Assembly: GCA_038087875.1 (NCBI GenBank)
Contig: CM075988.1
Coordinates: 25,112,001-25,176,000 of the forward strand
Direction: 5' to 3'
DNA: 64,000 nt
Source: Malacoraja senta
Lineage: Eukaryota
Under the pieces are notes generated by a model. It was not told the origin of the DNA, made no database searches, and worked only from the letters and a program-made list of their open reading frames with translations. The position numbers and the translations under genes are program-made. This document shows positions 49,755-61,892 of this stretch, piece after piece. Every line of letters starts with the position of its first letter. Position 1 is the first letter of the stretch.

Positions 49755-50546
49755 TTGATCGGAGGCTCGGCTGGAATTGGTGAGCGCTCGTAGAGGTCAC
49801 ACAAAGAAATTCTTCAGAGAGTCAGAAGGGAGTGAGGAGATGAAAAGCACGGTACTCGACAGGTTGTCAGTCATTCATATCAGAGCGAGGGAAAAAGACT
49901 CACTAATGTATCCTGAATGAGCATAACAGATGACAGGAATTCCGAAAGGCAAAGAGGGATATTGTTCTCCTCCCCTGGAGCAGATATATTTAGAGGGGGG
50001 AACGAGGGGGAGCGGATCTATTGGTTGTTAAGTGTTATGGGACTTTGCAATACACAGCACTGCCTCTGTCCCACATTCCGACTCTGTACAATCTCATTAA
50101 ATGTGACGTGTCACAAAGAGTTCACTCAAATGAAGGGGCCGCAGAAACAGATTTGATGTTTGCCAGATTTACCAAAGAAAATGATTCATTATGCTCTCAA
50201 AATGAACCACCCTGCGACTCGCTGCCTCAGTTCAGTTCTACCAACAATAAGCTGGTTGTCAAGGCCTCTTTTCTCCTCTCCATTTTTAACCCTCTGGATA
50301 CTGAATATATTTTAATTTTATTTATAAAACATATAGACTTATTTCATTTCCATGTGTGTCTGTCCTCTTCACCCATAGTAATATCACACATCTTTCGTAG
50401 ACTCCCTCATCCTTCTTTTCCAACATCACCAGCCCACCCCCCCCCCCAATTGTGACCACCTGCCCCCTCCCACCCACATAATACAAAACTAAAGATACAC
50501 TAAAACATACATTTAACATCAGACTAAAACCAACAAAAGAAGAAAA

Positions 50547-50643
50547 GGTAGACAAAAGTGCTGGAGAAACTCAGCGGGTGCAGCAGCATCTATGGAGCGA
50601 AGGAAATAGGCAACGTTTCGGGCCGAAACCCTTCTTCAGACTG
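50547..50643 (-). mobile_element. PLE 3' unit with intact HHR (50612-50639)
   Basis: Reverse of cagtCTGAAGAagggtttcggcccGAAAcgtt; flanking aaaaggt. Confidence 0.85.
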
Positions 50644-50683
50644 ACAAAAAAGGTCAAGACTGTTGGCGAGGCCGCCATCGTGC

Positions 50684-50698
50684 GGCGCCACCTGGTGG
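50684..50698 (-). promoter_or_regulatory. CTCF motif
   Basis: CCACCAGGTGGCGCC, consensus match. Confidence 0.5.
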
Positions 50699-50727
50699 AG
50701 ATGGTTACCAATTCTCCCCCTCTATAT

Positions 50728-50990
50728 CTCATAAGGTCATAAGGACCAGGAGTAGAATTAGGCCATTTGGCCCATCAAGTCTATTCCGCCATTCAATCTA
50801 ACTCTCCCACTTAACCCCATTCTCCTGCCTTCTCCCCATAAACCTTGACACCGGTACTAATCAAGAATCGATCTATCCCTGCCTTAAAAAATATCCAATG
50901 ACTTGGCCTCTACAACCTTCTGGGGGCAATTACAGTAATTCCACAGATTCACCACCCTCTGACTAAAGAGATTCCTGATCATCTTCCTCT
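50728..50990 (-). mobile_element. CR1 3' end
   Basis: NLFSQRVVNLWN...QKVVEAKSLDIF plus UTR. Confidence 0.8.
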
Positions 50991-52057
50991 CCGCATCTCT
51001 ATCTATTATCTTGATCACTGATCCAGGCATACGGTTCCATCCCTGTTCCATACTCATTATGTTGTCAACACTAGGGCAGAAACACGTGGGTTTTGACCAC
51101 TTTTCTAAAGTAGACAGCTTGTTGTATCCGTTACACATTACCAGCCCTTTCCCACTGGTTAATGGGGGAACTCCATCAGGTGTGGCCATTACAGGAAACT
51201 TTGTTAGACTCTTGGGTTGGGATTTGATATTGGAAACAACAGACATTTTTCGACATGTTATAGAACGTTCCCCAATCATTCCCATTTCTCCATGCAACAT
51301 GTTAATTATATAAATAGCGACATTAAACCTCCGAAGTCCCAAAAAAGAGCCCCTATATTTAACACACATCCACCAATCTCATAACAAAGTTCAAAGTTGT
51401 TTAAACAAACTTGGTCGTGGAATGTGGCCGAGAGCCGAACAAATTTTATAAGCTTCATTGAAAAGAATGCTATCGTTTTTAAATCAAACATTTTTTGAGG
51501 AAGTTAAACCATGTTTTGCCACGGTACATCAGGAATTTTCCTTCATGTGAATAACTCAGGAAGGATTCCCAAATTTCCTTTCTCCGAAAGAAAACATGTA
51601 GACTGCTCGATCCCGAGGAATGCTGGTGGAATTCCACGGACCGCCACACCAAATTAGAGAAAGATTGGCTTGCAGGCTTGATGCCTTGAGGGTGTGAATA
51701 AAATATTGGAGGAATTCCGAGCCAGCCAAGGTCTGAAGATTCGTCTGATCAAAACCATACCCCAGCAACTGGGGGAAAGAAAATAAGCTACGGCTTGTAC
51801 TGAGAATAAATAATTTTAATAACATTCAGAGGATGGCAATCCAAAGCCAAACAGTGGCCCGTTCACCCTGTGGATGGGTGGGGAGCGCAGTTTGCTGCAG
51901 GTACCTGCTCCAGTTTAACACATGGAAACAGCATCTCACTGGGAGGCAATACATTAGCAGATTAAATTGTTGTTGAAAACTATTCCTGTTCCATTTACTT
52001 TTCAGTTGATTTACAGATGAGGGAGGATCCAGGGCTTTTACATTTGTTGATTCTTTA

Positions 52058-52221
52058 AGGCCCTGTCCCACTTATGTGATTTTTTTCGGCGACTTGCCGG
52101 CACCCGTCATAGTTGCAGCAGGTGGCTGAAAATGTTCAACATGTTGAAAATCCAGCAGCGAGCAGAAAAAAGGTACGACTCTTTTGGGCGACTACTCATG
52201 ACCATACAGTCGACACCTGAC
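52058..52221. mobile_element. Harbinger-type MITE, truncated
   Basis: One TIR; body similar to 27747-28062. Confidence 0.7.
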
Positions 52222-52249
52222 AATAAACTATACTAGAGTGTCAAACTAA

Positions 52250-52544
52250 TAGCCCTGTCCCACTGTACGAGTTCATTCAAGAGCTCTCCCGAGTTTTAAA
52301 AAATCAAACTCGTGGTAAGTACGTAGAATGTACGTAGCGGGTACGTCGGAGCTCGGAGACGTCTCTTAGCGGCTCGTAACTCTAACGGCAGGTACTCGGG
52401 AAACGCGGTAAGCTTGGGAAGACTCGTGAAGATTTTTCAACATGATGAAAAATGTCCACGAGACATTTCCGTAAATCTCCGAGTTCGAATCAGGGCAAAC
52501 TCGGGAGAACTCTTTGAATGAACCCGTGCAGTGGGACAGGGCTT
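52250..52544. mobile_element. PIF/Harbinger-type MITE
   Basis: TIR GCCCTGTCCCACTG; TAA flanks; reverse-oriented relative of 35730-36041. Confidence 0.82.
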
Positions 52545-53178
52545 TAACATTCGGGAGGTGCAAGCTAAGGTGAGTAACTACAGTATGTATTCTGGAAAGG
52601 ACAGTCATACTGGTTTCGAGTGACCGCTGATGATGGTATTGTGGTAGGTCTCACTACAGCCAGTAATCCTTTAACAAATCTCTTTGTGAGCCATAATACT
52701 CATCCAATGGAATGTTAAATGAAAGGCAATCCAGAGAATGATCGAGGAAACTGACTTGGAGACTCAGGGTGTGGAGCCAGTGAAGGAAAGTAGCATTGTG
52801 GTAGATCAACGGAGCATGAATGGCAAGGCAGGTTCAAATGGCAACTCCTGTTCCCAATTCTCGTGTTCAAACCCTACGCCAACTTAGCCACAGAGGAAGG
52901 AGACCTGAAATGGCAAATCTAACCTCGATACCAGATACTTTTCCATAACTTCAGACATTCCGCTATTAAAACAGAAAACGGTCGGAATTCTAATTCATTA
53001 GGGAATGGAGGAGCGTGGCTTTGCTTCAGAGGTGAGAGTGAAATGAAACATGCTGGAAACAGTCAGCAGGTCAGGCAGCACATGTGAAAAGGGAAACAGA
53101 TGCTGCCTGACCTGCCGTGTGTTTGCAGAATTATCTGTTTTAACTTCAGATTTTGAAGGGCGGTAGGTGTATGGAACA

Positions 53179-53424
53179 GGTACACAAAAATGCTGGAGAA
53201 ACTCAGCGGGTGCAGCAGCATCTATGAAGCGAAGGAAATAGGTAACGTTTTGGGCCGAAACCCTTCTTCAGACTGATAGGGGGTGGGGAGAAGAAAGGAA
53301 AAAAGGAAAAAGGCGGAGGAGGAGCCCGAGGGCTGGGGGAGGGGAGGAGACAACCAGAGGGCTGATGAAGGGGAGGGGACAGCAAGGGCTAGCAGAATTG
53401 GGAGAATTCAATGTTCAAGCCCCC
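53179..53424 (-). mobile_element. PLE 3' end inserted in CR1
   Basis: GLNIEFSQFC*; near-identical to the 43339 copy; 14-bp TSD aggtgtatggaaca. Confidence 0.88.
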
Positions 53425-53632
53425 AGGTGTATGGAACAAGCTGCCAGAGGAGGTCATTGAGGCAGGGACTATCCCAACGTTTAAGAAACAGTTAGACAGG
53501 TACTTGGATAGGACAGGTTTGGAGGGATACAGGTCAAATGTGGCTAGGTGGGACTAGAGTAGCTGGGACATGTTGGCCAGTGTGGGCAAGTTGGGCTGAA
53601 GGGCCGGTTTCCACGCTGTATCACTCTATGAC
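53425..53632 (+). mobile_element. CR1 3' end
   Basis: WNKLPEEVIEAGTIPTFKKQLDRYL plus UTR. Confidence 0.85.
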
Positions 53633-54029
53633 TATCTGCCACTGCTTTCAGGTTTAGGTAAATTATATGGTGTGTATGTGTGTGTGAAGGAAGGGCTGAG
53701 ATTAAGATTTCAAATTTTAACCAGCTTTTTGGATAAGTTTTACCTTTCTTTCTGGGCAACTTTCAATCTTCATCTCTGTGGACTCGGTATTCCTCTGTCT
53801 GTCAGCTCTGGTTTGCCCCCATCTTCATTGTCCCACCAGCAGCTCAGACCTGGTTTGGGAAGGGAATTGGGACAATAAGAATCAGTTCCTTGTCAACCTT
53901 GGTGTCATCCCAAGATGAAACCTCCAGCTGTTAGAGGAGCGACCTCTTCACTTCCCTCCCTTTGCCTCTCCTCATGCACGAGTTCCATTAAAACCAGTGC
54001 CCCTTATCAGTTCAAACCCCCCTTCCTCT

Positions 54030-54333
54030 TTAGTTCAGTCTTACATTTAGAGATACCACATGGGAAGGCCCTGCGGCCCATTGAGTCCTCGCCGACCTGC
54101 AATCTCCATACACTCGTCCTATCCTGCACATGAGGGACAATTTTACAGAAGCCAATTAACCCACGAGCCGGCACATCTTTGGAGAGTGGGAATAAAACAG
54201 AGCACCCGGAGAAAACCCACGTGGTCACTGGGAGAACGTGCAAACTCCATACAGACAGCATCCGTAGTCAGGAAAGAACCTGGATCTCTGGCACTCTAAG
54301 GTAGAAACACTACCGCTGTGCCACCGTGCCACC
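54030..54333 (-). mobile_element. HE1-type SINE
   Basis: Full-length reverse copy. Confidence 0.85.
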
Positions 54334-54499
54334 CATATGTCCATTTAGTTCCCCAGTTTAAATCTCTGTGAAATACTAACTAAGTCCTTTAACACTCAAA
54401 AAGCACTGGGCCAATGCAGAGTTGGTGCAGATTAGTGATGTCAGACAATCTGGAGGGGAACATTTCTCCTAGTTTGTTTTAAACACACAACATAGATAG

Positions 54500-54930
54500 C
54501 GACATAATGTGGTGCCACAAGTTGCAGGCCCTTCAGCCCAATACATCCATGCCAGTCACCTATTACCTGTCATGGTGATTCTACTTTCCAATCCCTGTCT
54601 CCTGCTCTTATATATCGTGGCACAGAAGTTCACAGCCAAACACTCCTTAAATGTTTTAGAACACCCAGAGGGTGGTTGAAAATCCGTAACACACTGTCTT
54701 AAGAGGTGGTGGAGGCAGAGTGGTACACATTGCAATCACTTTCTGAGTGAAAACAAAAATTCTACGCCAGATCCTCTGTAAACCCCGAGCCCTTAAGTGC
54801 ATGGCCCCCTGGTTGTAGACGCCTCTGTCGGGGGGGAATGGTTTTTCAACATCTTCCCTGTCTATGCCCCTCAACATTTTTTTACGTCTCAGTCAGACCC
54901 CCCTTAACTTTCTCCACACTGAGAATACAA
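54500..54930 (-). mobile_element. Old CR1 fragment
   Basis: MLRGIDREDVEKPF...FTQKVIAM. Confidence 0.6.
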
Positions 54931-55532
54931 ACAAACCAGTCTCTCCCCATTAGCTGAAACGTTAAAACACAGACTCACACATTGCAGTTTACTATTGAAA
55001 GATGATCCCACTGAAGTCATTGGAAATCAATTTTGGAAGGGAAGTGAAAGGAATGCTACCACTGCATCGTAGGTTCAGCATGGGAGCAAGGTTGCATTTC
55101 TGCCCCTCTCAATGCAATTCAACATCATTGTTTACAAACCGATATTGTGTGCAATATCTCCCCGACGCATGCCTGTGACCCCAACATTGTGGCCGCTCAC
55201 GCTGAGGGCCAATGTCGGGGTGTAATAGCGGTCCTCACATTAGATGTAGGAAGAACGAACTAAAGATAAGACACAGCCAAACTTCCTACGTCTGATTACT
55301 ATTCAGCTGGAAAGTGTGAGATGGCTGTAGAGAACAGGAGTCGCTTTGACGTGGTCCAACTTGGTCAAATAGCCTGCTTCCATTTACTGTGTGGCCTCAC
55401 ACAGGGTAACGTTGGTCTGAAAAAGGGTCTCGACCCGAAACGTCACCTATTACCTCTACTATCTTTCATGGATGACCCTCGGACTATCCTTGATCGAACT
55501 TTGCTGGCTTTACCTTGCACTAAACATCATTC

Positions 55533-55908
55533 AATAGACAATAGACAATGTGCAGGAGTAGGCCATTCGGCCCTTCGAGCCAGCACCGCCATTCAATGTG
55601 ATCATGGCTGATCATCCCCAATCAGTAACCCGTTCCTGCCTTCTCCCCATATCCCCTGACTCCGCTATTTTTAAGTGCCCTATCTAGCTCTCTCTTGAAA
55701 GCATCCAGAGAACCTGCCTCCACCGCCCTCTGAGGCAGAGAATTCCACAGACTCACCACTCTCTGTGAGAAAAAGTGTTTCCTCGTCTCCGTTCTAAATG
55801 GCTTACTCCTTATTCTTAAACTGTGGCCCCTGGTTCTGGACTCCCCCCAACATCGGGAACATGTTTCCTGCCTCTAGCGTGTCCAACCCCTTAACAATCT
55901 TATATGTT
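55533..55908 (-). mobile_element. CR1/HER1 3' end nested in a Rex1 tail (55470-56050), itself within a PLE unit (55414-56115)
   Basis: ETYKIVKGLDTLEAGNMFPMLG; interrupted flanks rejoin. Confidence 0.8.
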
Positions 55909-56182
55909 TCAAATTCCCTTATCATGTATCTGTACACTGTAAATGGCTCGATTGTAATCATGTATTGCCTTTCCGCTGACTGGATAGCACGCAACAAAAG
56001 CTTTTCACTGTACCTCGGTACACGTGACAGTAGACTCAACTAAGCTAAACTATTCCTTTTCTCCAGAGATGCTGCCTGTTCCGCTGAGTTACTCCAGCAT
56101 TTTGTGTCTGCCTACAGGTGATGTCTGACCCACTGCCCATTACGAGGAGAATCATTGATCAGAAAAGTGAGTGAAATAACTG

Positions 56183-56280
56183 AAGGTAGCCACACAAGAC
56201 TGGAGCAACTCAGCGGGACAGGCAGCATCTCTGGAGAGAAGGAATGGGTGACGTTTCGGGTCGAGACCCTTCTTCAGACT
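56183..56280 (-). mobile_element. PLE 3' unit with intact HHR (56250-56277)
   Basis: Reverse of CTGAAGAagggtctcgacccGAAAcgtc. Confidence 0.85.
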
Positions 56281-56825
56281 GTCCTGGATTGAAATAACCG
56301 ATTGCTGCAGTTGTCTGTTGAGCGCGAGGAAGCAGAGATCTACCCTGTGGTAGAGTCACAGTCACAGTCCCAGCAGGGCTGACTCAGGTGCTTTACAAGG
56401 CAGGGAATAAGCAGAGCCCAGGAAACAAAGAAACAATTGGCTCCAGTCGAACTTGTCCACTAATGCAATTCGCAGCAGTTTGGTCTCTGCCAAGGAGCGC
56501 TGCCAATTATCCCAGATCGTAAAGTAATGTGATGTCCCACTGGCGCCAGGGAGTTGTCCATCAGACCTGGCTCAGTGTCACAGTCTAAGCTCCAGCACCG
56601 TCTTAGATACGGCTACTGGCACTCTCTCCCTCTCCTTTTAACTTGGATTACAAGAAGAAAGATTAATAGGAAGCTGACTGCAAATAGAGTCTCGCTTTCC
56701 TTCTGTTCATGTGAAAATACGAATGCGCTGGTCCACATTGGTGTTATTTGCTTAAGCTTAGTCATTTAAATGTACGGTGGATCCAGAAGGATTCAAGGCC
56801 CACTCCACAGCTAGATTCCTGAGCA

Positions 56826-57027
56826 AGAACAAAACGCTGGAGTAACTCAAGGAATAGGCGACGTTTCGGGTAACTCAGCGGGACAAGCAGCATCTTCAGT
56901 CTGAAGGTCTCGACCTGAAACGTCACTTATTCCTTCTCTCCAGAGATGCTGCCTGACCCGCTGAGATACTCCAGCTTTTTGTGTCTATCTTCGGTTTAAA
57001 CCAGCGTCTGCAGTTCCTTCCCACACA
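56826..57027. mobile_element. Rearranged palindromic PLE 3' unit
   Basis: Scrambled inverted 5' arm; flanking repeat tcctgagc. Confidence 0.75.
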
Positions 57028-57399
57028 GTCCTGAGCTACTCTACAGTGTATAAAACAAATGGCATGCCACATAATAGAATTATTTTAATGACAGCATCTC
57101 GCTCACACTCCGTGAAGTCCCTGGTCACTACACATTCCCCCTCTTCTCCACCACTGCGCCATTACAGTTGGTCAAATCGGGAAAATCTCTGTGTGTTTAT
57201 TCACAAGCTGCACTGGCCTGCGTCGCTTACGTCTGAAACTTGGTTCGTCACTAAAGTGCAACAAAAGCCTGGAAACTATTCAGCTTGAACACATGCTGAA
57301 ATTCCTGTGTAAATCCACACCGCAGAAGGGAATGCTAACCAAAAACATCCTGCATGAGCTGTGAGCAACTGTGTTGGTGGCAGGTACCAGAAAGATCCT

Positions 57400-58095
57400 A
57401 GGTCATAAGTTCATAAGTACTAGGAGCAGAATTAGGCCGTTCGGCCCATCAAGTCCTCTCCGCCACCCAATCATGGCTGATCTATCTTTCCCTCTCAACC
57501 CCCATTCTCCTGCCTTCTCCCCATAACCCCTGACACCCGTAATAATCAAAATTCTATCTCTGCCTTAAAAATATCCATCGACTTGGCTTCAACAGCCGTC
57601 TGTGGCAATGAATCCCACAGATTCACCACCCTGATTCTATCCTTGATCGGTGAAGACAAAAGAAGCTGGAACCACATCTTCCCTCAGACTATTTGGGCGA
57701 GGAAAAAATAATAAATTGTTCAAATTGCTGTTAATTTGCCCCCCATCACTTAAAGCTGCTTGTGTGTTACCTATGCCTCCAGAACAAGCCTCCAGAACAA
57801 GCCCAAGACATGGGTGCCATTGTGAAAATACTCCCATAAAATAATTCCTTGGAAGTAGGTATGTGTTAAACAGAAATAAATATTCATGTTCATAAGTGAT
57901 AGGAGCAGAATTAGGCCATTCGGCCCATCAAGTCTACTCTACCATTCAATCAGGAGGGAGGCTAATCTATCTCTCCCTCCTAACCCCATTCTCCTCCCTT
58001 CTCCCCATAACCACTGACACCCACACTAATCAATAATCTATCTATCTCTGCCGTAAAAATATCCATTGACTTGGCCTCCACAGCCCTCTGTGGAG
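57400..58095 (-). mobile_element. Two CR1 3' ends (57400-57633, 57885-58095)
   Basis: cataag tail and gcagaattaggcc UTR in reverse. Confidence 0.8.
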
Positions 58096-58860
58096 ATATA
58101 TATTTCTGAATCAAAGGGAGAGTGTGCAATATTAATAAGCACTGGGCTTTTACCAAGGTCTAGCGGTGGTACAGGGCGTAACTAGTCAGACAGAGGGGAG
58201 ACCAGGATATTGAGCAAGTTGGTGCATTTTTTAACATCTTAATTCTTTCCCAATATCACACTCATCAGTCGGCATTAACTATTTGAGTGTTTGGCTAATT
58301 TAAAAATACATCTCTTTCTCTTTGTGGTGACTCTTTTGTGCACTTTGTATGCAAAAACAAAGAATTTATCTCTATCTAGCTGGGTACAATAAAGTATCTT
58401 CATCACCAATGTTAAAGGCTTTCTTTTTAGGCCTAAAATGTAAATAGTGCCATATTCATTAACATAACAATTAGAAATGTCTAGGAGCCTGAATGAAAAT
58501 GTGTTCTTAAGGCTAAGATTAATAATCGTGATTGGTATATACCTGATATGGTGTCGAAGAGAAAGGAATAACTAAGATGTCACGCTTACTATTTCATCTT
58601 GCAATCTGCCCAATATACATCTGCACCAGCCAGTTGTCCAACTAAATATTGGTTCAGGTAGTTAGTGTGTTCCAGGAATGATTATGAGTTTTCATACACA
58701 AGGGCAAGGTCAATCAGACATGCTAGACCGGTCAAACTGGGAGAAGCGCCAAGTGTAACCACATCAAGTCTCAGCCAGAACATTAGTGTACCATAGGAAG
58801 CCATTCATTTGCAGGAAGGAACTGCAGATGCTGGTTTACACCAAATCATCATCATCATCA

Positions 58861-59395
58861 AATCTGAGGAAAGACATTCTTGCCATAGAGGGAGTACAGA
58901 GAAGGTTCACCAGATTGATTCCTGGGATGTCAGGACTTTCATATGAAGAAAGACTGGATAGACTCGGCTTGTACTCGCTAGAATTTAGAAGATTGAGGGG
59001 GGATCTTATAGAAACTTACAAAATTCTTAAGGGGTTGGACAGGCTAGATGCAGGAAGATTGTTCCCGATGTTGGGGAAGTCCAGGACAAGGGGGCACAGT
59101 TTAAGGATTAAGGGGAAATCCTTTAGGACCGAGATGAGGAAAACATTTTTCACACAGAGAGTGGTGAATCTCTGGAACTCTCTGCCACAAAAGGTAGTTG
59201 AGGCCAGTTCATTGGCTATATTTAAGAGGGAGTTAGATGTGGCCCTTGGGGCTAAAGGGATCAGGGGGTATGGAGATAAAGCAGGTACAGGATACTGAGT
59301 TGGATGATCAGCCATGATCATATTGAATGGCGGTGCAGGCTCGAAGGGCCGAATGGCCTACTCCTGCACCTATTTTCTATGTTTCTATATTTCTA
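58861..59395 (+). mobile_element. Young CR1/HER1 3' end with uninterrupted ORF2 C-terminus
   Basis: [22 protein letters not shown]...WNSLPQKVVEA...GTGY* (stop 59298). Confidence 0.92.
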
Positions 59396-59698
59396 TCATC
59401 ATCATCGTTGAAAACATCAATGGGCACGGTGCCTAACAACGCTATGTACGACAGTGATCGTAACTTCTACTGAAGTGTGGATGGCCGTTGGCTCGCTAGG
59501 AGCTCATCCGCCCTTTGACAGGTCTTGTTTTTGGTTCTGCTGGGGGTCCACAGCCCCCTCCTCACCTGGCAAACCAGGTGGGGGAGACGGTTTAGTCGCC
59601 AACTATCCGACCATGGAGCAGGTAGCGCGGGATTACATGGTACCCTTGGTGGGGGGGGGGGGAGGGGGTGGGGAACTCATGGTGCGATGGGAATCATG
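59396..59698 (-). mobile_element. Short non-tRNA retroelement with (GAT)n tail, possibly RTE-related
   Basis: 8-bp TSD acaccaaa (58838-45 / 59699-706); tail split by CR1. Confidence 0.55.
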
Positions 59699-60140
59699 AC
59701 ACCAAAGGTAGACACAAAATGCTGGAGCAACTCAGCGGGGCAGGCAGCGTCTCTGGAGAGAAGGAATGGGTGACGTTTTGGGTCCAGACCCTTCTTCTGA
59801 CTGAAGATGCTGGTTGTCCCACTGAGTTGCTCCAGCATTTTGTGTCTATCTTCAAAGCCATTCATTCCCCAGCCCTGGTCTGACAAAGTGTGATTCACTT
59901 AACCCCACCCTGCTACTCTTTCCCAAGGCAGTTGTTTCCATTCATATGTTTATCCAATTCCATTTGCAAACTTTATTCCTCTTTATTAATTTCTCTGTTT
60001 TTATCCTACCTCTAACATTCATGTATGTACTGTAACCCTGGTCATAGATATTTATATTGGGCCTTTAGTGGTGGAAACATTTGATAGCAGGTGTATGGTC
60101 AAACAAAATGTGACACCAAGTCACGTAAAGAATTATTAGG

Positions 60141-60497
60141 AAGATAGACACAAGAAGCTGGAGTAATTCAGTGGGTCAGGCAGCATCTCTGGAGAAAAGG
60201 AATAGGTGACGTCTTGGGTCGAGACCCTTCTTCAGACCTATTAGGGTGGATGTCCAAATGGTTTTTAAGGCCCCTCAAATGAAAACAGAAGAATGGAAAA
60301 GCACTTAATGCTTTGAAACACAAAATGCCAGGGAACATCTCTGGAGGGCATGAATTGACAAACGTTTCAGGTCGAGACTGAAGAAGGGCTCCAAAATCGA
60401 AACATCGCCGATATATGTTCTCCACAGATGACCCGCTGACTTACTCCAGCACTTTGTGTTTTACTCAAGATTGCAACTCCTGCGGTTTCTTGTGTCT
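60141..60497. mobile_element. Two PLE 3' units (60141-60240 minus; 60335-60497 palindromic)
   Basis: Degenerate HHR motifs and ttactccagc box. Confidence 0.7.
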
Positions 60498-61299
60498 CTC
60501 AGCGTTATGCTCCCTTGGGCTGCTGCATTGCAGAGTGGTTTTGATGTGATGTGGGCCATTTTGTTCCTGACCTGTTTTGATTGCAGAGCTGAGAGGATGC
60601 TTGGATTATGAGTTAACGGATCGAGTTTGCATTTGCCTGCCACCTCATCCTTCATCCTTATCCTTCCAGCCATTACTGGGTTAACATTCCGATTGAACCT
60701 TTCTTAGAATTCTAACAGCGTCTGACTCTCTCAACCATTTAGTTGCCCTCATTCTTTAATATTTCACTTCCCTGTAATATTTCCATAAATGGTGCATTCT
60801 CTTCGTAATTATGTAACTGCGATGAAGAGTCATGGTACCGACTTGACTTTTAAATGTGGGCTGCTGATAACACCCTTTATCTACAACATTGTGTCAGGTT
60901 TGGGGTGTGGGATACACTCAGACTGGAAAATGCAGGCAAATGGGTCAAAACACAGAGGAACAAAGAGAACAGTGCAGGGCAACTTCGACGGTATTTTGAA
61001 CAAAGTCGATAGGGTTTCCCAGAAACAGAGGGTTATAAATATAAGATTGTCACAAACTAATCCAATAATGAATTCCGGAGAAACGACTTTATCTGGAAAG
61101 TAATGAGAATGTGGAACTCATTATCCGCTGGAGTGGTGGAGGCAAACAGCATCGAAGCTTTTAAGGAAAGACTAAACAAAGAGGACAAAGGAATAAAGCA
61201 TATGCTGAGAGGGTGAGATGCAGTTTGCAGGGAGCATTAACTCTGGCACAGGATTGTTGGGCCGAATGGCCTGCTCTCACCCCGTTCATTATTGACATA

Positions 61300-61827
61300 C
61301 ATTATATATATTTTTTTAAATAAATTATTTAGATATATATGTAGATCAAAATATCTATCTACCTATATATATATATATATATATATAGCTATATGTACAA
61401 GCATATATATAATGCATGTGTGTATAATATAAATGCCTATGCGCATGTATGTGTGTGTGCGTATCATACATGTAATATACATATATACACACACATACAT
61501 ACATATATATATACACACATATATATACACACATACCTAAATATACACATACCAACATATATATATATACATATACATACATATATACATATACATACAT
61601 ATACATACATATATACATACATATATACATATACATACATATATACATATACATACATATATACATATACATACATATATACATATACATACATATACAT
61701 ATGCATATATCTTGACCCGAAACATCACCCATTCCTTCCCTCCAGAGATGCTGCCTGTCCCGCTGAGTTACTCCATCTTGTGTCTATCTTCGGTTTAAAC
61801 CAGCATCTGCAGTTCTTTCCTACACAT

Positions 61828-61866
<39 letters not shown>

Positions 61867-61892
61867 GTTTATATACATGAAAAATATATATA
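61300..61892. repeat. (TA)n/(TACA)n low-complexity tract with a PLE unit at 61711-61826
   Basis: Direct read. Confidence 0.95.

Larger units (their letters stand above)
58810..59854. mobile_element. Palindromic PLE unit hosting two nested insertions
   Basis: 12-bp TSD aagccattcatt (58798-809 / 59855-866). Confidence 0.8.

Noticed and set aside
50884..51369. 161-aa minus-strand ORF
   Set aside because: Non-ATG start, no recognisable domain, and it runs into a CR1 fragment; likely chance
58786..59298. 170-aa ORF as a host gene
   Set aside because: Chimera of a PLE fragment, an (ATC)n tail and the CR1 ORF2 C-terminus
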